From: Haliotis rubra
Taxonomy: Eukaryota
Direction: 5' to 3'
Assembly: GCF_003918875.1 (NCBI RefSeq)
Contig: NW_025767681.1
Location: 1 to 64,000, forward strand
DNA: 64,000 nucleotides
Both the position numbers and the translations under genes were made by a program. Every line of letters starts with the position of its first letter. The stretch's first letter is position 1. Shown here piece by piece: positions 13,403 to 25,200 of this stretch. The notes under the pieces were generated by a model that saw nothing but the letters and a program-made list of their open reading frames with translations, was not told where the DNA came from and did not search any database.

Positions 13403-15829
13403 ACGCGCCGATTTGATTGGTGACTGTTATCATGTCCACATTAAGCATATGATGCTCATGCAGTCAGTCCTTGCCTGGTTGAACATTTACAGACCGAAGT
13501 CATGTCACTACAATATTGCACAGGGCTTAGTTGAACCACAAATGAATACAATTCACAGTCATATTTTATGCTGTTTTGATTACATTATAGATCCACCAGA
13601 CCAGGAAAAGCTCGAAGCTTCATATATCAGTACAGGGGTATTAGCAGGAGCGACAGCAGGAACCTTTCTTCTTATCCTGCTCATTGAAGGGACTGTTCTA
13701 ATTGTGCTGTACCGAAAGGGGTACAGAGTTGGAAACATTCTGAAAGGTACACAATTAATTTCGTGTTGATATATGATTGAACACAGTTTACATGCAGTAG
13801 GTCTTCTCCACGAGGTATCCATGACAAAGCCTACACTATGTGAATCATTGTTTGTCACGATTGTGCATGGTGGCTAAAAAGGGCATTTGTACTACCAATG
13901 TCTGGAATGTATCAATGGTTATATTTCTATCTGCAGTAATTCACAGTACACTGTGTCATTCTCTCTTCTGGGTATGTTTACGGTTGATGTGACATGTTTA
14001 TGTCCGTGTTGCATGTGTTATTTGTGCTTTATCTGTTTTCCAGGAGCTTCACGAAAAAAGGTAATCTAAATGTCCAAGTTCAGTGAAGCAATGCATGGAT
14101 CAGGTAAAAGTAAGGAATAAGGTCGCATTTACAACATGTAAATTTAAAATTACATTTTACATTCTGAAGTGTATCTCCTAATTCCTTAATTGTGTTGCTC
14201 AATTGTTGCAAACTAACCTGTTGATTTTGCAGCTCCAGTCATCCTGAACCTGTGGAAATGGACAACAGAGGATATTCTTCATTAGGTATGCACTGGATAT
14301 TCGATGCTTCACTTTTGTTGAAATAACACTTACCTCTGGATCAGTGAGCACTTAACCATCACAATATGTTTCATCTCTAGGTATGTACAGATTATTGGAT
14401 TTTCCACTTTTGTGATATCTCATTTATCTCTGGATCTGTTAGTACCAAACCATTACGATGTGTTTCAGATCAGATCGCGGCTCCAGCGCAGTATTCAAAC
14501 ATGGAGGAGGAATCAGAAAAACAACAGTACACCCAGTTGAAGATTTATGAAAATACAAAAGGTAGGCATGTCATTCAAAAAAGTCGAATCTCAAGTTCTC
14601 ACATGCATTTACTTGGGAGAAGGAGGAAGTTGTAATTCAACGTTTTGTTATCTTCAGCAGATGATGCAGCTGACAGAAGTACCTATGAGGGCGTGACAGA
14701 GACTCCCCCTGTGACCTATGAGTCCATCAGTGTATGGACATACCAGAACACTGGAGCACATTCTCCAGGTAACCAAACCATGAAACCCTACTGGTGACTG
14801 ATATCTTTTTCATCGTCAAGAAACAATTGTGTCCATACATCTTTGAACATCAGTAATCATCACCATATGCTTTCTCTTCTGTTCCGGTCAAATACGTTTG
14901 TATTGTGTGCTGCTTTCAGTTGGTATCATATTTGTATGTTTGATTACCTTTATTTGTGTTCTTTGCAGGTCTTGACCATGGAAATAACTAACGAAGCACA
15001 CGAGTATACTACATCATAATCGGTTTCAGTTATGGATAAAATATTCGTTCAATCCAGTGCACTACTGCTTTGAAGCAAACGTCTGTGTTATTTTCTTTAT
15101 TTTAAAGCAAGTTCAATCCAAATTAGTTATGGTCGTGTCATCCTTGTCAATTGTATATGATTGAATATTTTACATGCATTAGGTGATCACGTACAAAGAC
15201 ATACGTATATATATGGAGCCAGAAAACTAGAAAATTACTTTGTCAGTTATGACTGATACTGAGCGGACTCAGTCATGGTTCAGGGAAGGAACAGAACAGC
15301 TGGTAGAGCCGATATCCAGTCATACTGGGGTGACTGTGAAACAGAGATGATAGTCTGGTTATCTGCGTGATATGGTGCCGGGGTTGTGTGTAATGCCCGA
15401 CAGAACACTTTCTCATGGTGCCCTGACAACTATACAAGAACTCGGCAATGCTCACAGTGAGGGGCAATCATCTTTATAGGACTCTTATTGGGAGCCTAAA
15501 ACAACATGGGGCACCTAAGGTTTTTGGTGTATCAGATGGATCGCACACGCGCAACTGACAGTTTGTCTTTTTGGACAAGGAATTTGTTACTGTGACTTTC
15601 TATCGTTTCAGATTTGGTGAGAAACTTTCACTGTGACGGTTGATCGGAGTTTGCTATTTCTAAATATATGCATAATTTCATGCATGATTAAAGTGGGGAA
15701 TCAGAGCAAACATTGATTAGTTATTAGTTAAGGATGTTGCATTGAGCAACTGTCACAACGCAAATTTGATTTCACGGACATCAGTTACACAAACAGCTTC
15801 CATCTTTACATTTGGACATCATCCCAGAC

Positions 15830-15891
15830 ACCCTCGCCATGATATTGCTGGAATATTGTTAAAAGCGGCGTAAAACCATATCCACTCACTT
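15830..15891 (+). mobile_element. 5'-truncated SINE/LINE tail
   Basis: gccatgatattgctggaatattgttaaaagcggcgtaaaacc...cactcact, flanked by the atcccagac TSD. Confidence 0.75.
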
Positions 15892-16284
15892 ATCCCAGAC
15901 GCCCTCTGACCGAGGGATCAGGTGATTGGCAAATGTGTCTTCAACAGGAAAAACAGTTGTTGTCATAAATATACTGGACAAAATAAGTTAGGGATATTGG
16001 TATTTTTCTGCTTGATATTTTATCAGTGTGTCAATGAATAAATAGATCATTATTCATAATTTCAAAATGTACATATATCCCTAACTATTTTTGTCCAGTA
16101 TATCAATACCGTAATGATCTGGTGTTTGACTGTCAACGCAATGAGGTTTTATGTCTATGCAATAAATATGCCTATATATAATGTCTAAATAGGTGTTTAG
16201 TTACCACCTAAATGGGAACCAATGTCCGAGAACATGGCACGAATAACATTTCTAAACTATAGAAATACAATGGGGAATCTTCAG

Positions 16285-16735
16285 TCTCATCCTCGTCACA
16301 CATCGGCTTCCATATGAATTTTCTCTGGGAGTTCTATACGAAGAAGGCAACCAGGATAACTCGACAAATAACAAGCTACAAGTCAACACAAGTCGGAAGT
16401 GAATTACAAATGACAACAACAACCCGATGTATATCACCCAGCAAACCCATACACAATTATCAGTTAAAAACCTATGTTTTCAGTAACCAGTGACGTTTCA
16501 CATTCATACACCAGAGAAATGGAACAAACAATCTGAACCTCGTCACATCGGCTTTCATATCAGTTTACTGTGGGAGTACTGTAACAAGCTGACAACCAGG
16601 AAACTCCCCAAATAACAAACCGCGTAACCAACACAACTCGGAAGTGAATTACAAATGACAATAGCATCATGATGTATATCACCCAATAAAGCCATTCACA
16701 GTTATCAGTTATAAACCTATGTTTTCAGTAACCAG
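16285..16735. repeat. ~245-bp tandem duplication (2 diverged copies)
   Basis: cctcgtcacacatcggctt...tcggaagtgaattacaaatgaca...cctatgttttcagtaaccag occurs twice. Confidence 0.8.
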
Positions 16736-18268
16736 GTAAACACCTGCCAGGTGAAAATGGACGTGGTCAAGGTGGGTGTCACTTGTATCATGTCACCACA
16801 TTCAGTAGTCAACTCAACTAGCACCCTTGTACCCGAGTGGAACGATTTCCTTTATACAACTAGGTGGTTACGCTAATCAAGACATTGGAGATATATTGAC
16901 AACATATTTGCCAGTGAGGACAATTCATTGTCATCTAGTTCCCTCGCTCGATGTATACAGCGAGGTGGACCGTTCTAGAAGTAATAATGCAACTCTGCTA
17001 TGTACATCAATAAATTGTATTACTCACAAGAATGTACAGTTAGTTCATAAGATACGCAGGAAGCGGCCTCCAGAGGGGAAGACGGCAGTAGTATTCTTTT
17101 TGTCATCAGATTATTTGGAGGCCATGTGAATAACCTTTGTCAATGTTAAAGGAGATTTATGGGCTACGACTGACGGTGTAATACCCCTGTACACTCAATC
17201 GCCAGACACAGACATAGAATGCATGGTAAATGGGCCACTGGTCCATATTGTGTAGACAGAAGCATGTAACTTGTCATTGCCGGACACATGAATTTAGACC
17301 CAAAGAAGCATCGAGTCGCACCTTTTTCTTGCTGATCCCCGTAAAAACACAAGAACATACATTGTGAATTTGCGAAGAAGTGTGTGCGAAACGTTCACGC
17401 TTGTATCTGTCATTTATCTTCGAAGAAAAGGACGTATTGATATTAGAGGGTTTAGCTGGGTATACATCAGTGGAGTTTTATATGCATCTGTGTATGTGAG
17501 CGACAGCAATGTTTGTGTATATGTCAACATAATATTAAAAGCTATGACACAAGGAGCATGGTGGCGTACTTAGACATGAAGGTTTATCAAGTTGACGTTA
17601 CATGATAAAACTGAGCGGTGTTAACTGAGATTGTACGACTGACCACCGAGACTCACTCGTTGACTTATTCGCTGACTCGCTGACTCGTCCACCGATTGAC
17701 TCACTCACTCTCTCTCAATCCCCTTACCCGGCACCTACTCACACTAAACCTTCTTTCATAAAGCGGACTTCCACTGAGCTATATTTAAATTGTACTGAAC
17801 TACTTGGTAGCGAATGATATGCGTGTATATCTATATATTACTTCCTTGTTGAGCTACCTGGCTATACACAGCCAGTGTAGTGACGGTTTATACCTGACAG
17901 CAACAAGACCCATCAGGTACGTACATTATATTCTTCTATGGGCATCTCAAAGCATCTAATGTGTCTATGTTCACTCCTTCCACCATGCTGAACATGTCAA
18001 CTGTGAATACTTATTCTACATGCCAGTGGATAGGAATAACCTCCTATATGTCGATATACCTGTATACGTTGACCCAGTTTCTACTAGTAGACATGTTCCC
18101 TGAGTAAGAATCATCTGTACGTGTTAGACTGACTAAAACACCTAACATTACACGCATTGCTACTTTCTGAACAGGCTCTGGTGTGGCTGGGATTGTTTCA
18201 AGGGGTATGCAGAGTTGTGTCCCTTAGTTCACAATACAAAGGCGTCAGCATCAGTTCACACCGGTGTG

Positions 18269-18530
18269 GAGTGAGTGAGTTATTTTTTTTTAAACTTCAC
18301 ATTAAACTTAAATAAATCTATACCATAAACAAATCATCAAACGAAACAAAACTCTAGAGTATCACAATATTTGGTTTAAAACCAGCATGTTACAATAAAT
18401 TGCATCACTACAGAAAACAATGAAATAAAAAACAGGCTACAGCAAGTGAAGGTACCAAGGACCACGGAGACTTTCAGAACCCTTGCTGCCTGCATGAACC
18501 CCAGCTGGACTTACATCATTCCTTCAGTTG
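18269..18530 (-). mobile_element. Diverged 3' fragment of the I/Nimb-type LINE
   Basis: gagtgagtgagtt tail, and ttgctgcctgcatgaaccccagctggacttacatcattccttcag is the reverse complement of the LINE 3' UTR. Confidence 0.65.
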
Positions 18531-19221
18531 TTTGCGATTATGCATGGAGAACAAATAGTCTACTATTATAAATATGGTAGATATAAAATACTTTGAATGA
18601 AAGGTAGCTCTACGCAGGACATACAGTTGTGACATCAGCATGACACTGCTCCAGTAGCTTATGTTGATAGTGTGTATATGTCAACATCTCGCCTCAGTGG
18701 AAATATTGTACATAGCATAGGCGAGAGAATACCTGTACTTCCTCATACATGCCAAGACTCAGTGATCGTGGTTTCGAAGATAACATTCTATCGATTTTAT
18801 TCCTTTAACACAATGCCCGTGGAATCGGAAATGTTTAAAAATAGGCTTCTGAGACAAATCCAGTTACCGTGCCGTGATGCGGACAATGTGAAGCAATGTT
18901 CTATCACCTACATACTATCGTGTTTTGAAAGAAAGATGACATACCTTCAACCTTTTTCAGTTAATACACAAGTGTTCATCTGAATCATGAAACAGCACTA
19001 TATGTAAAAACTTCTATATTGTTATACAAGATTCAGCGTTTGATACAGTAACAACTGTGATCACACACACACACACACATTATCATTCTGGAAAAGTAAA
19101 AAAGACAGGTGTGTGATCCTTTACATACAAGTATATCTCATTGCCACTCTAAACAATATCCAATATGGTAAACGTTAAACCTACATTCCAGATCTCACCG
19201 CGGTGCCAGACGACAGGAGTG

Positions 19222-22200
19222 ATGAAGACAGTTTGTGCTGCAGTATTATATCTGATGGCAGGTACCTATCACACAATTGTGTAACAGTCTTTAGTCAGTT
19301 TTCTTCTGAATACTCACATTGTTACCGTAAGCGCTTGAGATAAATACATGACAAACAGAGTGTTTCTCTACTGGGAGTGACGTACGGTCCTGCTTCAAGG
19401 AATACTCCCTAAAGAACTAAATATTTTGGTTCTACAGGTGTTGTATCAGGTGCACCCAGTGCCAGTCCAGTGTTGTCTGCAGTGTCTGACACAGCCAGGT
19501 TCAGCTGGGAGATTCCACAGGGAGGTCTGGGGACAGGGAGTAGTTTCTATGCTGTCAGTCCTGCTGGTATCACTGTGTTCCTAGTGACCGGTACTGGGAC
19601 ATTCTTGACCTTTGACACCTACAGAGACAGACTGGTGTACCAGGGGAACATAGCAGCCAGGAATGTCACCTTTACCCTCAGTAACATCCAGACATCCGAT
19701 GCAGGAACATACACCTGTGGGAATGGAGGAGCTAGTACTGAGATACAGAACTGTGGACAGAAACTTGTTGTCCTGGGTGAGTGTGTTTGGTGGTCTGGTA
19801 TAGCCCAGGTCACACATAAGTTGGAGTTAAGAAACTTTGGTCACGGAGAGGCCTTTAATGGGTGACCGAATATGGCAGCTTGACTAATGAGAGTTTCTAG
19901 GACTTCTGCCCTGCCTTACAATGATGCACATATGACACTTATGGTTCCTCCTTAGACAGGTGGCTTTGTTCTATAATACCTCCGCCGTTCACCCAACAGT
20001 ACATAAGAACCTTGGTGGTCAAGTGACTGTAAACCGTATGCCTTACATGCATCCAAAGCTATCATAGGTAATAACGTCTGCTTTTTGCGCATGATGTGTC
20101 CTCGGCGCCAATGATATCAGGCGCTGTACAAATGTACTACACATATGGCTCATATGTATATTATATTCATACACATATACCATTGCCACTGAAAACAATA
20201 TCCCAAAAAATTATAAATTTTAAACCTTTATTCCCGATCTCCTCAATGTGCTAGACGACATTAATTGCGCTTTGAGCATGCACTAGTGTGTGGATTATAG
20301 CGCATAACAAATGGCCATTATTAATAATAAAGATAATTTGCGGTGCACTGTTATACCTAACTGCACATACCTGTAACGCGAAAAGTATAACCACTTTTTT
20401 CTGTCTTTTTTTCCTCGGAACTTTTCTTGAGATAAATGTACTAGAAGTAACATACGGTCCAGCTTCACGAACGACAATTTGAACAACCAAATAATTTTGG
20501 TCCACATGTGTTTATTAGGTACACTCAGTGCCAGTCCAGTGTTGTCGGCAGTGTCTGACACAGCCAAGTTCAGCTGGGAGATTCCACAGGGAGGTCTGGG
20601 GACAGGGAGTAGTTTCTATGCTGTCAGTCCTGCTGGTGTCACTGTGTTCCTAGTGACAGGTTCTGGGACATTTGTCCCCACCACCAACTACATAGATAGA
20701 CTGGTGTACGAGGGGAACATAACAACCAGGAATGTCACCTTCACCCTCAGCAACATCCAGACATCAGATGCAGGGACATACACGTGTGGGAATGGAGGAG
20801 GGGCCAGTAGTGTGATACAGAACTGTGGACAGAAACTTGTTGTCCTGGGTGAGTGGTTATTGAATTAGTTGTTGTTATTCCTGGCTTGTTTCACATCCAT
20901 ATTCATATGGTAAATATAGATATGTGATCTGTTCATCGTAACGTCCATCAAACTATATACGGAAACAAATATAGCTGTCAGTGCATTTGACTTAACTTTG
21001 AACTTTTCCCAATTACGATGAAGGATAAGGCCAGGATATGCATTGTCGGTATCCAGTGAAGAATGTGATCATGAATCAAAGAAAATATATGAATATCAAC
21101 ATAGCTTGAAGGAATTTAATGAGTGTGTTTGCATCATATCTCAGGTACAGGTTATAATCTAATCACGACGGAATAGTAAACAGGATGGTCTTTCTCAAAA
21201 TATGTCTATTATCTCAATCATTGAAATCAACCATCTTGTGTCTCGTCAGCAGTGTTATCTACCGACCTGTTGGGACTAGGTCACATGCCACACTTCTAAA
21301 GGTGAAGTGTATTGAAAACGTTTTTAAGCAATAACATGCAACCGACAAATAATCAAGTAATACCTTGTGTTATGTTAAGAAAGGAATTACGAGTGAATAA
21401 TGAACGAGTGACGTCCCTTACGTTTACGCGTTTACATGAGAAATTCTAATAAGTTCATGTTACAATCGTGTATGTTGTTGCCAGAAACTGCAGAGACACC
21501 CCTGCAGAACTGTATATAAAACTAAAATTTACATCAGTACTAATGCCGAATATTTGATGTGCAAACAATGGAAGTATTTGTGTTTATAGAACTTTACAGA
21601 CCGTTATTGCAATTTGTCATTATGAAAAAGGTAGTATACTCGTTACATATCCACAGAACAATATGTCTCGTGAAGGCCACTTGCTGGAAAATTGTGAGAA
21701 ACCTATCTGTATTATCACCTTTCTGATGTTAGTGGAATATTGCTAAAATGTTATTGAATCACAATCAAGCATTCACCCAACTACCTTTTCATTTTTGATG
21801 TCTTTATTTCTCAATTGCATATAAAAAGCTACATGTTCACGCCCCTAATTTACACATGCACTATTTTGATAGGAAAACCCACGACACCTGGCCGTCCACC
21901 TGTGTCAACAACACCTGTCTACAACCAGTCAGTGACCTTGACCTGCAGCTCCACCGCTACCACAGTCCCAGCTGACCATCGTCTGACCTTGACCTACACC
22001 TGGCAGCGTGACAACACTGACATCACAGTTACCTCCCCTGGTTCCCCCTACACCTTCACAGTGAGTTCAAGGGACAGTCACAGCTACAGATGTAGAGCCA
22101 GAGAAAGTCAGGGTCTGGAGTCCGAGTGGAGCCAGGAGTACAACATGGAACCTCAGTGTGAGTACAGCATGGACATTACGCTGAATATAATCTGTGTGGA

Positions 22201-25200
22201 GTTTTACTACATTCGTGACAGCCACTGCTGTTGCCAAATCATAAATGACGACAGTCTGACAGTTGAGTGCAAGAGAGTCGCAGAGCTACTATAACTGGAC
22301 TGATTGGCTGATGCTCCAATCATCTCCCTGTATACACTGAACCCAGTGTGATTTAATGTGGTGTAGACTGTTTCGTTAATATTACTGATATAGTGTTTTA
22401 TTCCAACTGAATTGTCTTTTCTCTTGAAAGTGTACCGCAGAAAAGCCACCGAACCTGATTTTCACAAATTAGTTCATATTCAAATTATACCAAATATTTT
22501 CGCGGAGACACGTGGATCAAAATATATATTAAAAAGGAGCTTGGTGATTGTCAGCACATTTCGAAAACAGAATAAGCCATGGCCTACATCATTGATATAT
22601 AAAATTAGAATTTGCGAGGCTCAAATAAAAATAGATGAACAAGGTGAATGCAGAGGTATTGTTTCATTTCGTCACACACTCCACAGACGTGAACAGGAGA
22701 AAACGTTCTAACAAAGAAGGAATTGTACAGGAAGAATGAAGATCACATACTCATGGAAACGATCAAGGGAACAAATGAAAGTACAAGTGTTCCTTTATTT
22801 ATTTCGCGAATTTCACACAGGATGCAATACACACCTTGTGAAGAAACTTCAGGATCATGTATATTTTCAAGTGTTCCCAAATTCGTTTCTACGAGTATAT
22901 ATGGATTCACTTACTACGGTACAGCCGACTTTGAGGGAGTCAGCACTCAACCACCTAAAGAAACTGTTAATCACATACTTTTGAATGTGCTCTATCCAGT
23001 CATTTCTATATACCATCAATAGGCTGAAATTGTTGGCTAATATGTATCTCTTCAGACGGTCCCTACCAGATCTCCCTGACCCCCTCCACCTCCTCCTACA
23101 CTGTGACAGAACACCAGGCTCTTCCATCAATCACGTGCTCCGCCCTCTGTAGACCCGGATGTAGCTACAGGTGGTTACACAATGGATCAGTCTTCAGCAG
23201 TGGAGCCGTGCTCCAGGGACAAGCTGACAGATCCAAGACAGGCTTCTACAGATGTCAGCCTTATAATACACACGGGAGTAGTGACAGTGTTACAGTCAGT
23301 GTTGATGTTCAGTGTAAGTATATAGTCTACATTGGTGACAGTGCTACAGTCAGTGTTGATGTTCAGTGTAAGTATATAGTCTACACTGGTGACAGTGCTA
23401 CAGTCAGTGTTGATGTTCAGTGTAAGTATATAGTCTACACTGGTGACTGTATTACAGTCAGTGTTTATCTTCAGTGTAAATATATAGTCTACACTGGTGA
23501 CAGTGTTACAGTCAATGTTGATGTTCATTGTAATTATACAGTCTGCACATAGTGTCAATTTTACAGTCAGCGTTGATGTTCAGTGTACGTATATAGTCTA
23601 CATTGGTGACAGTGTTACAGTCACTGTTGATTTTCAGTGTAGGTATATAGTCTACACTTGTGACAGTGTTACAGTCATTGTTGATTTTCAGTGTAGGTAT
23701 ATAGTCTACACTGGTGACATTGTTACAGTCAGTGCTGATGTTCAGTTTAAGTATATAGTCTACACTGGTGACAGTGTTACAGACAGTGTTGATGTTCAGT
23801 GTAAGTATATAGTCTACACTGGTGACAGTGTTCCAGTCAGTGTTGATGTTCAAAGTAAGTATATAGTGTACACTGGTGACAGTGTTACAGTCAGTGTCGA
23901 TGTTCAGTGTAAGTATATAGTCTACACTGTTGACAGTGTTACAGTCAGTGTTGATGTTCAGTGTAAGTATATAGTCTACACTGGTGACAGTGTTACAGTC
24001 AGCGTTGATGTTCAGTGTAAGTATATAGTCTACACTGGTGACAGTGTTACAGTCACTGTTGATTTTCAGTGTAAGTATATAGTCTACACTGGTGACAATA
24101 TTACAGTCAGTGTTGATGTTCAGTGTAAGTATATAGTCTACACTGGTGACAGTATTACAGTCAGTGTTGATGTTCAGTGTAAGTATATAGTCTACACTGG
24201 TGACAATATTACAGGCAGTGTTGATGTTCAGTGTAAGTTTATAGTCTACACTGGTGACAGTATTTCAGTCAGTGTTGATGTTCAGTGTAAGTATATAGTC
24301 TACACTGGTGACAGTGTTACAGTCAGTGTTGATGTTCAGTGTAAGTATATAGTCTACACTGGTGACAGTATTACAGGCAGTGTTGATGCTCAGTGTAGGT
24401 ATATACTCTACACTGGTGACAATATTACAGTCAGCGTTGATGTTCAGTGCACGTATATAGTCTACATTGGTGACAGTGTTACAGTCAGTGTTGATTTTCA
24501 GTGTAAGTATACAGTCTACACTGGTGACAGTGTTACAGTCACTGTTGATTTTCAGTGTAAGTATATAGTCTACACTGGTGACAGTATTACAGGCAGTGTT
24601 GATGCTCAGTGTAGGTATATAGTCTACACTGGTGACAATATTACAGTCAGTGTTGATGTTCAGTGTAAGTTTATAGTCTACACTGGTGACAGTATTACAG
24701 TCAGTGTTGATGTTCAGTGTAAGTATATAGTCTACACTGGTGACAATGTTACAGTCAGTGTTGATGTTCAGTGTAAGTATATAGTCTACACTGGTGACAA
24801 TATTACAGTCAGTGTTGATGTTCAGTGTAAGTATATAGTCTACACTGGTTACAGTATTACAGGCAGTGTTGATTCTCAGTGTAGGTATATACTCTACACT
24901 GGTGACAATATTACTGTCAGTGTTGATGTTCAGTGTACGTATATAGTCTACATTGGTGACAGTGTTACAGTCAGTGTTGATTTTCAGTGTAACTATATAG
25001 TCTACACTGGTGACAGTATTACAGGCAGTGTTGATGCTCAGTGTAGGTATATAGTGTACACTGGTGACAATGTTACAGTCAGTGTTGATGTTCAGTGAAA
25101 GTATATAGTCTACACTGGTGACAGTATTACAGGCAGTGTTGATGCTCAGTGTACGTATATAGTCTACACTGGTGACAATGTTACAGTCAGTGTTGATGTT

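Larger units (their letters stand above)
728..14991 (+). pseudogene. Gene A: nephrin-like multi-Ig + FN3 + TM + Tyr-motif receptor; 5' exons frameshifted, 3' exons mostly intact
   Basis: AG/GT-bounded exons: 728-1038 (V-like, DSGTWRC, frameshift), 4424-4566 + 4848-5052 (split Ig-like), 5597-5932 (frameshifts, in-frame TAG), 7289-7601 (frameshift), 8437-8723 (1-nt loss in G run), 9879-10154 (intact Ig), 10388-10566 (frameshift, internal deletion), 11957-12253 (Cys-less Ig), 12422-12718 (FN3, WLPGFNGG), 13591-13746 (TM), 14044-14060, 14239-14285, 14469-14561, 14658-14768, 14969-14991 (TAA). No signal exon identified. Confidence 0.8.

Noticed and set aside
19438-20848. V(D)J-like somatic recombination
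   Set aside because: V exons are complete through the G strand, with their own GT donors. I saw no heptamer-spacer-nonamer signals at their ends.
23497-25098. 533-aa ORF as a stand-alone gene
   Set aside because: It is a by-product of a 54-bp stop-free repeat, out of frame with the upstream exon, with no credible start or acceptor.
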